Assembly (NCBI GenBank): GCA_050330395.1
Contig: JBHJNW010000088.1
Coordinates: forward strand, 5,787 to 69,786
Reading direction: 5' to 3'
Length of the DNA: 64,000 nt
Source: Pleurocapsa sp.
GTDB taxonomy: Bacteria > Cyanobacteriota > Cyanobacteriia > Cyanobacteriales > Xenococcaceae
Part shown: positions 19,202 to 30,205 of the stretch, one piece after another
Layout of the letters: every line of letters starts with the position of its first letter
Position numbering within the stretch: the first letter of the stretch is position 1
Translations under genes and position numbers: made by a program
The notes under the pieces: generated by a model
Databases searched by the model: none
Seen by the model: only the letters and a program-made list of their open reading frames with translations
Told to the model about the DNA's origin: nothing

Positions 19202-22200
19202 TTAGCCTGTATTACGCATTCCCGCTGCAATACCGTTAATAGTTAGCATGGCACCTCTGAGTAACTCTTCTTTGCTAAAGCGGAAGTGTAGAGCCTGAGA
19301 TTTATCATGCTGACGCAGGCGTTTAATTAAAGCCACCTGTAAAAACCCTAAAGGAACAATCGTACCGTTGCGCAGCTGTACCGATCGCTGTAGTTCGGGA
19401 TCGCCGTCGAGAAGTTTCTTCTGACCATTTATTTTGAGAATGAGAGCTTTGGTCAAATTATATTCTTCCGAAATTTGGGCAAACAACTTTTGAAAACGTT
19501 CTAGATCCTCTGGTTGAGACAATTCTTTGACATAATGTTCGGCTATCTGCAAATCTACCTTCGCCAAAGTCATTTCTACTTTGGAAATCACCACTCTAAA
19601 AAAGGGCCACTTGACGTAAAAATATTGCAGCAGGTCGAGATTTTTCTGGGGTTCTTGGTCTAAAAATCCCTGCAAAGCAGAACCCACTCCATACCAAGCA
19701 GGTAGTAAGAAACGACTTTGAGTCCAGCTAAATACCCAGGGAATTGCCCTTAGACTGCTCATGTCTTTTTTCTTGTTGGCGTTTCCCTTGCCAGGACGTT
19801 TGGAAGGACGAGAGCCGATTTGCAACTGACTAATAACGTCTACTGGAGTAACCGAATGGAAGAAATCAACAAAATCCTCCTGCTCATAGATTAAAGAGCG
19901 GTATACGGTACGCGATCGCGCTGATAATTCTTCCATAATCTGATTCCAAGGAGCTACTCGGTCAAATCCACTACCGAGCAAACTAGACTGAATCACTGCC
20001 GTGGTCATAGTTTCAAGATGATACAAAGCCAACTCTGGCAAAGAATACTTAGAAGCTAATACTTCTCCTTGTTCGGTAATCTTGATTCTGCCCTGAATTG
20101 TATCTGTAGGCTGGGCTAAAATCGCCGAATAAGCAGGACCACCACCACGACCGACCGAACCACCACGACCATGAAAAATCCTTAAAGAAATGCCAAATTC
20201 TGAGGCTACCTTTTGCAATGCTCTTTGAGCTTTATGGATCTCCCAATTACTACTGAGGAAACCAGAGTCTTTGTTACTGTCAGAATAACCCAGCATCACT
20301 TCTTGAAGATCGCTAGGCTTGAGCGGAACGGAACTAAGATTAGCTTTAGTGTTTTGTTGATTTGTGGCAACATGCTCGTAGCCTCCTGCAAGAGATGCAC
20401 GGTAAAGAGGCAGTTCAAATAATTCCCGCATCACCTCTGGAGCGCGTTTTAAATCTTCAACTGTCTCGAACAAAGGTACGATTCTTACGGAGGTGCTACA
20501 GGTAGCTGGATCGTATAAACCTGCTTCTTGGGAAAGTAATAATACCTCCAAAACATCACTAACAAAGTTAGTCATGCTGATAATGTAAGTCTGACAAATG
20601 CCCCGTCCAAATTCTTGCTGCAATAAGTGCAACATTCTAAAGGTTTCAATCGTCTCACAAGCCGTATCGGAAAAAGGCATTTCCGCAGGAATCAAAGGAC
20701 GACGAGTTTTTAATTCTTGAATCAGCCAAGCAGTTTTCTCGGCTTCGGAAAGCTCATCGTAAGGCTTGGGTAGAATTTGGAGATATGCAGTGATTTCGGC
20801 GATCGCATCGCTATGGCGCGAGGAATCCTGTCGAAAATCTAGCTCCACTAGATTAAAGCCAAATACTTCTGCCTGACAAATTAAATTATCTAGCTCACGA
20901 CATTGCAAACTAGTTGCAGCCAAACTATTCTGCATGAGCTTTAATTCAACTACAAATTCAGCTCCTGAGACATAGATATTATCGGTATTGATTTCTGAGA
21001 TTGCCTGTCTTCCAGCCGTCGAAGCTAAAACCCGATTACGCTCTAGGGTATTTTTTAATCTTTGAGCAACGTAAGCTAGCTTGAGGCGATAAGGTTCTTG
21101 ACGATAGCGAATTGCTAATTCTTCATAAATACCAGGCATACTTTGCTGATCTTGCTCCAAAGAATCGAGTAGTTCCTGCTGAACGTCGCTCCAGTGCAAC
21201 GAAAGACTCAATAACTCCCGCAGTTGCTCGATTGAATTAAGATATTTTTCAATGACAATTTTTCGTTGATAACAAGCTGTTTCCCAGGTTACCTGAGGAG
21301 TTACAAAAGGATTGCCATCGCGGTCTGAACCGACCCAAGAGCCGAAATAACAAAAATTATGAGTGGGAGCAACTAAACCAGGGAAAGAATTGGCTAATGA
21401 CTGTTTGAGACGAGAAGCCAATTGAGGAATTACGTCAAACAATACTTCTTGAAAATAATGCAGCGAATAATCTACTTCATCCAAGACTTTGGGCTTAAAC
21501 TGGTGTAGTTCGTCTGTACGCCACCAGAGCCGAATCTCTTCGGTTAGTTGACTAATAGCCTCATTAGATTCCCAAGATTCTGCTAATCCGATCTCCCGCA
21601 TTACTTCTTCTGCTACATCGAGCTGTTCAAGAATGTGAGATATACGACGCTGTTTTTTACGGATAGTGTGACGCACAATCTCCGTTGGGTGAGCCGTAAA
21701 AACTAGCCTGATGTCTAAGCGATCTAATAATCTTTGTAGCATTAGCGGTGGCATATTAATTTCCTTAAGATAAGGAAATAGCCAGTGAAACAACCCTGCT
21801 TGATTGCTACTAGATATAGTGGGTTCGACCCAATTATCAGCTAATTCATTCGCTAGGGAGCTATTGCTGCTGTCAAAAGGAGCATGGGAGTGCTGCTTTA
21901 AACCATTGCCATTAGAATGCTGTGGTAATGATGCAGTGCGCGTAACACGCCGAGCTAGTTTTTGTTCTCTAGATTCGTAGTGTTGTTCAACAATATTAGT
22001 TAATTGAAAATAAAGAGCAAACGCCCTAGCTGCTTGAATAGCATCGCTCAGGGTGAGCTTTGCAATTAGCTGTGGCACAGAAGACTGAGGAAATGTATCT
22101 GTTACCTGTCCTTCAGCAGAAGAAAGAGAGCGCATTTGCTGAAGTAGATCGAGCATTTCCTGACCACATTCAGAACGCAATACAGATTCCCAAAGATCTT

Positions 22201-22297
22201 CGATCAATTTTTGGCGATGACGCAGCAGCAAATAAGAAGTGTCGACTACGTTAACCTCTGTTTGATCTGCTATTGAAGATTGAACAACCGAACTCAT
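19202..22297 (-). CDS. ppc: Phosphoenolpyruvate carboxylase
   Basis: 1031 aa. Motifs VFTAHPTE and [10 protein letters not shown], and the invariant C-terminus GMRNTG. Confidence 0.95.
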   Translation of the reverse strand: MSSVVQSSIADQTEVNVVDTSYLLLRHRQKLIEDLWESVLRSECGQEMLDLLQQMRSLSSAEGQVTDTFPQSSVPQLIAKLTLSDAIQAARAFALYFQLTNIVEQHYESREQKLARRVTRTASLPQHSNGNGLKQHSHAPFDSSNSSLANELADNWVEPTISSSNQAGLFHWLFPYLKEINMPPLMLQRLLDRLDIRLVFTAHPTEIVRHTIRKKQRRISHILEQLDVAEEVMREIGLAESWESNEAISQLTEEIRLWWRTDELHQFKPKVLDEVDYSLHYFQEVLFDVIPQLASRLKQSLANSFPGLVAPTHNFCYFGSWVGSDRDGNPFVTPQVTWETACYQRKIVIEKYLNSIEQLRELLSLSLHWSDVQQELLDSLEQDQQSMPGIYEELAIRYRQEPYRLKLAYVAQRLKNTLERNRVLASTAGRQAISEINTDNIYVSGAEFVVELKLMQNSLAATSLQCRELDNLICQAEVFGFNLVELDFRQDSSRHSDAIAEITAYLQILPKPYDELSEAEKTAWLIQELKTRRPLIPAEMPFSDTACETIETFRMLHLLQQEFGRGICQTYIISMTNFVSDVLEVLLLSQEAGLYDPATCSTSVRIVPLFETVEDLKRAPEVMRELFELPLYRASLAGGYEHVATNQQNTKANLSSVPLKPSDLQEVMLGYSDSNKDSGFLSSNWEIHKAQRALQKVASEFGISLRIFHGRGGSVGRGGGPAYSAILAQPTDTIQGRIKITEQGEVLASKYSLPELALYHLETMTTAVIQSSLLGSGFDRVAPWNQIMEELSARSRTVYRSLIYEQEDFVDFFHSVTPVDVISQLQIGSRPSKRPGKGNANKKKDMSSLRAIPWVFSWTQSRFLLPAWYGVGSALQGFLDQEPQKNLDLLQYFYVKWPFFRVVISKVEMTLAKVDLQIAEHYVKELSQPEDLERFQKLFAQISEEYNLTKALILKINGQKKLLDGDPELQRSVQLRNGTIVPLGFLQVALIKRLRQHDKSQALHFRFSKEELLRGAMLTINGIAAGMRNTG

Positions 22298-22382
22298 AAA
22301 AACCTCTGCTTAGCGTATGTAAATCGTAATTTGGTGAGTGTAATAACAATGTTTGAGTTTTGCTGAACCAGATTATTAGCGA

Positions 22383-22574
22383 TTATTGGTCATCTAAGTT
22401 GGAGAAGTTGAGGATAGGCAAACGCTCTGAACGAAATATTTCTTCACTGACTTTCCCAAGCTCAGTCATAAATTCGGTTAATAAATATAAAGTCAAAATG
22501 CTAATAATGAAAGGAGTGGTAGCAATACTCAATCCTAAAAATGAGACTAGGTAGGATGGATTATTTGGCTTCAT
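22383..22574 (-). CDS. Small single-TM hypothetical protein
   Basis: 63 aa with one clear TM (LVSFLGLSIATTPFIISILTLYLL), located 85 nt upstream of ppc on the same strand. The overlapping + strand ORF looks like a shadow ORF. Confidence 0.4.
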   Translation of the reverse strand: MKPNNPSYLVSFLGLSIATTPFIISILTLYLLTEFMTELGKVSEEIFRSERLPILNFSNLDDQ

Positions 22575-22730
22575 GGTTTAAATTGCTGATGTTATTTAAC
22601 TACTATTGTATGGACTTTAGGCAATTGCAGCGCAAAGCTAGATAATTTTTCTTTAATCAAAGCAAAACTTACTTGAGTTTTCTGTATATTTTGTTCAAAC
22701 TTAATTCAGGTTTAGATCTGGCAAAATTTT

Positions 22731-23525
22731 ATGAATCAAAAGATAATCCAGGTAGATGCTTTTACCGCTCAAGCTTTTCAAGGAAATCCTGCTGCTGTAT
22801 GTGTCTTGCGATCGCCCCAAGATGATTGGTGGATGCAGTCGATCGCTCATGAGATGAATCTTTCCGAAACAGCATTTTTAATCAAACAAGACCAGCACTA
22901 TAAACTACGGTGGTTTACTCCAGCTATGGAAGTTCCATTGTGCGGTCATGCAACTTTAGCTAGCGCGCACGTATTATGGACAGAAGGTTATGCTTCTACT
23001 GGTCAAGAGATTAAGTTTGAAACTAAAAGTGGCGTGTTAACTGCTAAGTATGAAGATGACTGGATTAAATTGGATTTTCCCGCTAATCGATCGCAAGATA
23101 TACCGCCAATTACTAAACTAGGAGATGCTTTGGGAGTACCTTTGAAGACTGTTTCATATAATTCTTTGGGTTACTTAGTCGAAGTTGCCTCGGTTGAACA
23201 GGTAAAACAGCTACAGCCTAATTTTGCTTTATTAAAGCAGCTACCAATATCAAATGTAATTGTTACTAGTTTGGCCGGGGATAATTCAGAATATGATTTT
23301 GTCTCCAGATTTTTTGCTCCAGGGTTAGGCATAGACGAAGATCCAGTTACGGGTGCCGCTCATTGCTGTTTAGCTCCTTATTGGCGCGATCGCTTACAAA
23401 AAGATCGGTTTTTAGCTTATCAGGCTTCGCCCCGCGGTGGCGTGGTCAAAATTGAATATGATGGTGGCGATCGCGTTTCGCTTCTAGGACAGGCGGTAAC
23501 AGTGATGCGGGGGGAATTATTGTAA
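22731..23525 (+). CDS. PhzF family isomerase
   Basis: 264 aa. VDAFTAQAFQGNPAAV N-terminus, SETAF, and a second-half motif DPVTGAAHC typical of PhzF/YddE. Confidence 0.8.
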   Translation: MNQKIIQVDAFTAQAFQGNPAAVCVLRSPQDDWWMQSIAHEMNLSETAFLIKQDQHYKLRWFTPAMEVPLCGHATLASAHVLWTEGYASTGQEIKFETKSGVLTAKYEDDWIKLDFPANRSQDIPPITKLGDALGVPLKTVSYNSLGYLVEVASVEQVKQLQPNFALLKQLPISNVIVTSLAGDNSEYDFVSRFFAPGLGIDEDPVTGAAHCCLAPYWRDRLQKDRFLAYQASPRGGVVKIEYDGGDRVSLLGQAVTVMRGELL

Positions 23526-23550
23526 TCTTTTAGTCTTATAAAAGAAATAA

Positions 23551-25233
23551 ATGAGAATTAAAAAAGCTATATTTCTGGCTGTCAGCATTGTTTTTATAGT
23601 CGTAGTTGGTAACTATTTGATTAACAATTTATATTTAATCTATTCGACAGTCGATAGCTGGTATTCAGTTAATGCCAAGACTGTAGCAACTCAAGCCGTC
23701 GGTAGAAATGGGGTAGTAGTTTCAACGCAAAAAGAGGCTTCGTTAGTTGGGTTGGAGATCTTAAAAGATGGAGGGAATGCGATCGATGCTGCGGTAGCTG
23801 TTGGCTATGCCCTAGCCGTAAGCGATCCCTGCTGCGGTAATCTTGGTGGAGGCGGATTTATGCTGATTCACCTGGCAGATGGCATAGAAACTTTTATCGA
23901 TTTTCGCGAGACTGCACCCCGTAAGGCTACTGCTGATATGTATCTTGATGAGACAGGTGATTTGATTGAAGATTTAAGCACAGATGGTTATTTAGCCGTA
24001 GGTGTTCCAGGTACGGTTAAGGGATTAAATTATGCTCTAGATAAATATGGCACAATGCAGCGTAAACAGGTAATTAATCCAGCAATCGAGTTGGCTGCCA
24101 ATGGTTTCCAGCTGCAACCAGGAGATATAGATATATTTCAGGCTGGTAAAAAGAGATTATTACAACCTAATGTTGCGTCAATCTTTTTGCAAGACAACAA
24201 GACTTATCAAGCTGGAGACACCTTAATTCAGCCAGACTTAGCTAACACTCTAAGTTTAATTGCTGAAGATGAGAATGCTTTCTATCAGGGAGAGATAGCC
24301 AAAAAAATAGTTGCTGCTAGCGAAGAAAACAACGGCATTCTAAGTTTAGAAGATTTTGCTAACTATCAAGTGAGTGAATACGAACCTGTTAGCTGTGATT
24401 ATCGAGGATATGAGGTAATTTCTGCCCCGCCTCCTGGTGGTGGTACTACAGTTTGCCAGATGTTAAATATTTTGTCTGGCTACGATTTAAAAGAATTGGG
24501 CTGGAAAACCCCTCAAAGCTTACACCCGATATTTTCTTCAATGTTATTCGCTTTTGGCGATCGCAATCGTTACTTGGGCGATCCTCATTTTGTCGATAAC
24601 CCGATAGATAAATTACTCTCTCCTGAATATGCCGCTACTTTAAGAGACAAAATTGCGTTTGCAGCCATTCCCCCAGAATCTGTCTATTCGACAGATGTTC
24701 AAGCCGAAGGAACAAACACTACTCATTACTCGGTAGTAGACAAAGAAGGTAATGCCGTAGCTGTTACTTATACAATTAATTCTTATTTTGGTGCAGGCGT
24801 AATTGCTCCAGAAACAGGATTTTTGCTCAACAATGAAATGGATGATTTTACTACCAAGCTGGGCGAAGTGAATCAATTTGGGTTACGACAGGGAAAAGCT
24901 AATCTAATTGAACCAGGGAAACGTCCCCTTAGTTCCATGTCACCGACTATAGTTACCCATGATGGGCAAGTTTATCTGGTTACAGGAAGTCCAGGAGGTT
25001 CAACCATACCCACTACCGTATTGCAGATAATTACCAATGCGATCGATTACGGCATGAATCTTAGTGATGCCGTCAATACTCCCCGTTTACATTACCAAGG
25101 TATACCCAATCGGGTAGTCAGCGAACCTCAGGCAATTAATCCTGAAACTTCTAGGGGCTTAAAACTTAGGGGATATGAAAATCGTACCATTTATACAATG
25201 GGGGGCAGCAGAGTCGATTTTAGTCAATCCTGA
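23551..25233 (+). CDS. ggt: Gamma-glutamyltransferase. The C-terminus appears frameshifted, and the homologous reading continues in the +1 frame to 25294.
   Basis: Signal-anchor N-terminus, autoprocessing/nucleophile Thr context EGTNTTHYSVVD, and GSPGGSTI. The last 19 residues of this ORF look non-homologous. The +1 frame from 25178 reads KIVPFIQWGAAESILVNPDGTIVGVNDVRKPAGKAIAY*, a typical GGT C-terminus. Confidence 0.85.
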   Translation: MRIKKAIFLAVSIVFIVVVGNYLINNLYLIYSTVDSWYSVNAKTVATQAVGRNGVVVSTQKEASLVGLEILKDGGNAIDAAVAVGYALAVSDPCCGNLGGGGFMLIHLADGIETFIDFRETAPRKATADMYLDETGDLIEDLSTDGYLAVGVPGTVKGLNYALDKYGTMQRKQVINPAIELAANGFQLQPGDIDIFQAGKKRLLQPNVASIFLQDNKTYQAGDTLIQPDLANTLSLIAEDENAFYQGEIAKKIVAASEENNGILSLEDFANYQVSEYEPVSCDYRGYEVISAPPPGGGTTVCQMLNILSGYDLKELGWKTPQSLHPIFSSMLFAFGDRNRYLGDPHFVDNPIDKLLSPEYAATLRDKIAFAAIPPESVYSTDVQAEGTNTTHYSVVDKEGNAVAVTYTINSYFGAGVIAPETGFLLNNEMDDFTTKLGEVNQFGLRQGKANLIEPGKRPLSSMSPTIVTHDGQVYLVTGSPGGSTIPTTVLQIITNAIDYGMNLSDAVNTPRLHYQGIPNRVVSEPQAINPETSRGLKLRGYENRTIYTMGGSRVDFSQS

Positions 25234-25371
25234 CGGAACAATCGTAGGTGTTAATGATGTTCGTAAACCTGCGGGAAAAGCGATCGCCTATTGAGCCAAA
25301 CTAAACAACGATCATTAAGAGTTGTTGATAAATTGTTGTAAGTTGATAATGAAGCTAGACAAGAAAACTAA

Positions 25372-26238
25372 ATGAAAATCGGGTTTTTGGGAACTGGTTT
25401 GATGGGGCAGCCAATGGCTTTGCGATTGCTATCAGTCAGCCACAGTGTAACTGTTTATAACCGTACTAAGTCTAAATTAAAGCCTTTAGAAGACGCTGGG
25501 GCAAAAGTTGCCGACTCAGCAAGTGAAGTTATTCAGCAAACAGACTGTGTAATTTTGATGTTGAGCGATGCAGCAGCGATCGCTGAATCTCTATTGTCTG
25601 ACGCAGCCAAAAGTCATTTAGCCAACCTTACCATAATTCAAATGGGGACGATCGCCCCGACAGAGAGTCTGTCAATTCGCGATGCGGTATCCCAAGCAGG
25701 AGGAGAATATTTGGAAGCACCTGTATTAGGCAGTATTCCCCAGGTAAAAACAGGGGAGTTAATTGTCATGGTAGGCAGTACTAAAGCACAGTTTGAGCAA
25801 TATGGTGAACTACTCAAATGCTATAGCCCTGAGCCGATGTATATTGGGGAAGTAGGTACAGCAGCAGCGATGAAGCTAGCTCTCAATCAGTTAATTGCTG
25901 GGTTGACTAGTACTTTTGCCCTCAGCCTTAGTTTTGCTCAAAAGCAGGGAGTAGATATAGAACAGTTTATGTCAGTGGTAAGGCAGAGTGCTTTATATGC
26001 CCCTACGTTTGATAAAAAGCTCGATCGGATGCGCGATCGCAATTTTGCCAATCCGAATTTCCCTACCAAACATCTCCTAAAAGACACTAATCTGTTTCTC
26101 AACCAAGCAGCTGAGTTGGATTTAAACACCAGTAGTTTAGAGGGAATCAAGCAAATTATTGAACAGGCGATCGCACTAGGTTTAGGAGATCTAGACTATT
26201 CAGCTATCTACTCAGCCATTAACCAATCCGACTCATAA
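25372..26238 (+). CDS. NAD(P)-dependent oxidoreductase, 3-hydroxyisobutyrate/6-phosphogluconate dehydrogenase-like
   Basis: 288 aa with an N-terminal dinucleotide fold (KIGFLGTGLMGQPMA) and a beta-hydroxyacid dehydrogenase-like layout. Confidence 0.75.
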   Translation: MKIGFLGTGLMGQPMALRLLSVSHSVTVYNRTKSKLKPLEDAGAKVADSASEVIQQTDCVILMLSDAAAIAESLLSDAAKSHLANLTIIQMGTIAPTESLSIRDAVSQAGGEYLEAPVLGSIPQVKTGELIVMVGSTKAQFEQYGELLKCYSPEPMYIGEVGTAAAMKLALNQLIAGLTSTFALSLSFAQKQGVDIEQFMSVVRQSALYAPTFDKKLDRMRDRNFANPNFPTKHLLKDTNLFLNQAAELDLNTSSLEGIKQIIEQAIALGLGDLDYSAIYSAINQSDS

Positions 26239-26295
26239 AGTACTCTTTTGCGGCAACTAAGTCATGTCATAGACCGACCTAATAAAAGTCCTCTT

Positions 26296-26357
26296 AACTT
26301 CTGACTTCTCCTGTCAAGCAGGACAATGTGACTTGTGACTTCTGACTTCTGACTTTC
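26296..26357. repeat. Heptamer tandem repeats (GACTTCT family) interrupted by a short palindrome
   Basis: AACTTCT GACTTCT (26296-26309), palindrome CCTGTCAAGCAGG (26310-22), then GACTTGT GACTTCT GACTTCT GACTTTC (26330-26357). Confidence 0.85.
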
Positions 26358-26361
26358 TAGA

Positions 26362-26619
26362 TTAATCTTCTGGTAAATCAGATAAACCAGTAATCCGATC
26401 GAGAATTACATCAAGTTTTCCATTAGCTTGATTCAAGTCATATTGCAGTCTATCTAGCTTTTTATCATGCTCATCCATATGCTCTTCGATGGCATCAAAA
26501 GCATTGCTAATTCTTCCGCTTGGCTCAAGATCTAAATCAATTCTTCGCAAAGCAATTTCAAGTCGAGCAATACGCCTATTTAATTCATTTATTTTTCTGT
26601 TTTGTTCGGCTTCTGACAT
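26362..26619 (-). CDS. Small coiled-coil hypothetical protein
   Basis: 85 aa, charged and heptad-like (INELNRRIARLEIALRRIDLDL...). No recognisable domain. The gene is flanked on both sides by GACTTCT heptamers. Confidence 0.5.
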   Translation of the reverse strand: MSEAEQNRKINELNRRIARLEIALRRIDLDLEPSGRISNAFDAIEEHMDEHDKKLDRLQYDLNQANGKLDVILDRITGLSDLPED

Positions 26620-26693
26620 AGTTGATGTTGAGATAGAGCATTTAATATTTAGTTAACTTCAATATTTGCCTAACGAGTAGTTTCCTTACGAAT

Positions 26694-26707
26694 GACTTCT
26701 GACTTTT
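26694..26707. repeat. Two further copies of the GACTTCT heptamer
   Basis: GACTTCT GACTTTT, read directly, between the 85-aa ORF start and the glmM stop. Confidence 0.7.
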
Positions 26708-28111
26708 TCACGCTACTAAATTCTGTTCCACAACCTGAACTAGTTTATCTGTCCAATAATTAGTCAATTGACGATCTGCGGCTTCTACCATGACGCGAAT
26801 TAGGGGTTCTGTTCCCGAAGCACGCACTAAAATACGTCCTTGTTCTCCCATTGCTGCTTCCGCTTGAGCGATCGCCTGCTGTAATGCTTCGCATTCTTGC
26901 CATTTGCTGCGACGTTCTCGATCTTCAACTCTGACATTACGCAAAATTTGCGGATAGGTTTGGAAACTGTTATTTACTAATTCGGTTAAAGACGTTTCTG
27001 ATTGACATACCAAAGAAGTCAAGTGCAATGCAGTTTGAATTCCGTCGCCCGAAACTCCATGATGATGACAAAGGATATGTCCAGACTGTTCTCCGCCCAA
27101 CATAGCTCCCGTACTCCACATCGCAGCCTGCACATAGCGATCGCCAACTTTGGTGCGCTGCATTTTGCCGCCGATAGCTTGCCAAGCACTCTCAAAGCCC
27201 AAGTTTGCCATTACCGTCGCCACAATTAAATCGTCTGGAAGCTGTTGTTTCTGCCTTAATAGTTCGCCCCAAAGATAGAGGATATAGTCGCCATCAATGA
27301 CTCTACCTTGACTATCTACCGCCATCACTCGATCGGCATCACCATCAAAGGCAAATCCCAGATCTGCCTGGTATTCTTTGACTGCTTGCTTTAATGGTTC
27401 TAGATGAGTTGAGCCACAGTTAACGTTAATGCGATCGCCATTTGCTGACTGATTCAGGCTAATTACTTCTGCCCCCAACTGCTGAAAAATAGCAGGAGCA
27501 ACCTTTACTGATGCTCCCCAGGCTAAATCTAAAACAATTCGCATTCCTGCAAAGCTGCTGTTTTGAGGTAGGGATGCTTTAAGAAATTGAACGTATTGCT
27601 TGACCAATTCTGGGCGATGATAATGCTTGCCCCAAGCTCGATCTAGTTCATTCTGCACATCGTTGTTTCTCAGATGTGCCTCTATTTTCTGGGTTAAAGA
27701 ATCAGCTAGCTTAGTTCCTTTCTTGCCAAAAAACTTGATGCCATTGTCTTGTGGAGGGTTGTGACTTGCAGAAATCATAATGCCACCAACTGCTTCAGTT
27801 GCGCCAGTTAAGCTGGCAACACAAGGAGTAGGACATAAACCTAAATGCCAGACTTCTAGCCCTGCTGAAGTTAATCCTGCTGCGATCGCACAAGATAGCA
27901 TATCGCTAGAATTGCGAGAATCCTGTCCAATAATAATTGGCCCTTTATTTTCTGCTGCCTCTGCCAGAACTTTTCCTGCCCAATAGCCCAACTGGAGGGT
28001 AAAAGCTGCATTTAAAATGTCTCCTGCTTTGCCCCTAATTCCATCTGTTCCAAATAAAGGAGTTGTGGGTAATTGACTCCCATCTAATAAGGTTTTGGCT
28101 AAACTGTTCAC
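26708..28111 (-). CDS. glmM: Phosphoglucosamine mutase
   Basis: 467 aa. Active-site loop [14 protein letters not shown], metal site FDGDADR, and a GEQSGH sugar-binding loop. Confidence 0.9.
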   Translation of the reverse strand: MNSLAKTLLDGSQLPTTPLFGTDGIRGKAGDILNAAFTLQLGYWAGKVLAEAAENKGPIIIGQDSRNSSDMLSCAIAAGLTSAGLEVWHLGLCPTPCVASLTGATEAVGGIMISASHNPPQDNGIKFFGKKGTKLADSLTQKIEAHLRNNDVQNELDRAWGKHYHRPELVKQYVQFLKASLPQNSSFAGMRIVLDLAWGASVKVAPAIFQQLGAEVISLNQSANGDRINVNCGSTHLEPLKQAVKEYQADLGFAFDGDADRVMAVDSQGRVIDGDYILYLWGELLRQKQQLPDDLIVATVMANLGFESAWQAIGGKMQRTKVGDRYVQAAMWSTGAMLGGEQSGHILCHHHGVSGDGIQTALHLTSLVCQSETSLTELVNNSFQTYPQILRNVRVEDRERRSKWQECEALQQAIAQAEAAMGEQGRILVRASGTEPLIRVMVEAADRQLTNYWTDKLVQVVEQNLVA

Positions 28112-28201
28112 ACCAATATACTCCTAAGCTTAATTCAAGCTAATTTCTCTAGTATTTTTTATTTTTGCCTAATATATAGAATGTTTGATAATTAGGCGAA
28201 A

Positions 28202-28240
28202 TTGTGAGATTCAAATGTAATACCTGCTTGAATCTCACAA
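28202..28240 (-). terminator. Hairpin downstream of the 100-aa gene, a likely intrinsic terminator
   Basis: 13-bp perfect stem TTGTGAGATTCAA / TTGAATCTCACAA with a 13-nt loop. On the - strand it is followed by TTTCGCCTAATT. Confidence 0.5.
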
Positions 28241-28317
28241 CATCTACACCATAAAATTAAGCCATAAAGTTTAATTTTGGGTAAATAACTTAAATTTTGG
28301 GTATATGTGCTTATGCT

Positions 28318-28620
28318 TCAGAGATTCATCTTCGCTAAAAGATCGATCATTGCGGCTAAACTTAAACCAGATTCAATAATCTTTGGCTCGCTAGGATTAT
28401 AAGGACTAGCAAGGCGATCGATTGAAATAATATGGGAATCGGCTGCAATTATGGGAACATCAGGATCGAAGGCAGTAGCTCTCATTAAAGAACTAGAAAA
28501 CCCAGCATAAATCATTACCGTATCAGGCTCACCCGAAGCAGTTTCAAGATGAACCATCAATAATTCCTGTTTACGTTTGAGGGTATATTGTTCCAGACGC
28601 AGACCAATTGATTCAGGCAT
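28318..28620 (-). CDS. Conserved hypothetical protein
   Basis: 100-aa ORF with coding-like composition. I recognise no motif. Confidence 0.5.
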   Translation of the reverse strand: MPESIGLRLEQYTLKRKQELLMVHLETASGEPDTVMIYAGFSSSLMRATAFDPDVPIIAADSHIISIDRLASPYNPSEPKIIESGLSLAAMIDLLAKMNL

Positions 28621-28668
28621 ATTTTTGATAGCTTAAAGCTTATAGCCTATAGCTAAAGATTAATTTGA

Positions 28669-29262
28669 TTATTGTTCTAGCGCAGAACGTCCTTGCTTAC
28701 CAAGACGAATCAGTACGAAATAAGCTAAATAAATTATATATATCACTAAGCCAACTGACCCCATAAAGCCTAAAAAACCCTCATTTCCTGGCTCGTTGTG
28801 GAAGAAATTACGATAAGCTTGGGGTGCTTCTAACCATACTTGGCAAAAAGCTGTCTCTACAGTACTGCTGGATAAACCGCAAGGGAGAAAAAAAGCTTTA
28901 GCGATCGCTCCTAAAACACAGTAACCTGTCATCGCCCAACGCCAAGAGGTAAATACCAGCTTTAAAATACTCTGGGGTATATCTCTAATTTCTTCATTTA
29001 AATCTACCCAAAACCAGAGAGAAATTGGAATTAAAATGCGCACCGCCAAGCCAGTAATAAATCCAATTTTCCAGTCAGGAATTAATAAATAGACGGTAAT
29101 TAACAACAAGCTGGCAACCCGCCAATAAATGATTAATAATTTTTGCATGGCTTCTTGTTTTTGGAATAAAGCCCAAATCAAAAGCACTAACGGGATAATT
29201 ACCGCTACCAGTACTCCTAAACGATAGTCCATCCATACCAAAGGTCTAAACCAAATATCCAT
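28669..29262 (-). CDS. Polytopic membrane protein of unknown function
   Basis: 197 aa with about 5-6 hydrophobic helices. No catalytic motif recognised. Confidence 0.6.
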   Translation of the reverse strand: MDIWFRPLVWMDYRLGVLVAVIIPLVLLIWALFQKQEAMQKLLIIYWRVASLLLITVYLLIPDWKIGFITGLAVRILIPISLWFWVDLNEEIRDIPQSILKLVFTSWRWAMTGYCVLGAIAKAFFLPCGLSSSTVETAFCQVWLEAPQAYRNFFHNEPGNEGFLGFMGSVGLVIYIIYLAYFVLIRLGKQGRSALEQ

Positions 29263-29685
29263 TATTTATTGTGTTAACGAAATTGATGTCTACTAGATTA
29301 AACAGCCTGAGATTCCTTTTTAAGAGTGCATTAACAATTGTTCTAAGTCAACGCCTGAAGCGTTAAAGAATTTTTGTGTATTGCAGTTGGTTATATTTTT
29401 ATAGCCAAAAATAAAGATCAACGCAGGCATCGTCAGAAAATAACGATGTAACGTTGACCGCATTCCACAGTAAGGAAATATATATATTCTTATATATTCT
29501 CACTTGTGTATTAATGATAATTATCTAACCGCAAAATGCGGTGGGGCGTTTAAACTTAAACTACCTGTAAATAAACTCATAAGACAGCATATACGCCATT
29601 TAAAACGTTGTCGATCAAACTTTGTTGACAGACGTGGCAGATAACGTCGGCTGTTGATTTAAAGTTTATTTATACAGAGATAATG

Positions 29686-29910
29686 CTAGTCTTCGTAGAC
29701 TCGACACTCTAAAGCATCAGGGTTATCTTCGCAATATTGCTCAAAAGAATTTTTCTTAGGAGCTTTTTGCTTTTGATGAGCTGCTTCAGCCGATAATTCT
29801 TCTACTGTGTCCCAAGCGGCAGCACATTCTCCAGAAGTATCACCTTCAGTGCTACAAACTTGTCTTGCAGCATCTCTTTCTTTTTGTATTTGTTCTTGTA
29901 TATCGCTCAT
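29686..29910 (-). CDS. cp12: CP12, the Calvin-cycle GAPDH/PRK regulatory protein
   Basis: 74 aa. Core AAWDTVEELSAEAAH, N-terminal Cys pair (C19...C29), C-terminal Cys pair C60-x8-C69, and a YED terminus. Confidence 0.9.
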   Translation of the reverse strand: MSDIQEQIQKERDAARQVCSTEGDTSGECAAAWDTVEELSAEAAHQKQKAPKKNSFEQYCEDNPDALECRVYED

Positions 29911-30205
29911 ATTAGTCCTCTTATTTTCAATATCAGGATTATGTTATACCATGCCAGGTTATTTAGCGGCGGTAGCTACTTACAGGCTTTATCATTATAA
30001 GAAATTTCATAGATACCATACATTTTGGTAACTATGAATAATTATTTCTCTCACTTGGATTAGCCTAAGCATTTATACTTAATAATTTAGCACTGCTTCT
30101 AATTTAACCAGCTTAACATTTATAGCTTAAGGGTTAAAAGCCAAAGTCTATACTGGTAAGGTATCTGTAGCATTACGCCTATAAATACCTTACTAGCAAA
30201 TTGAT

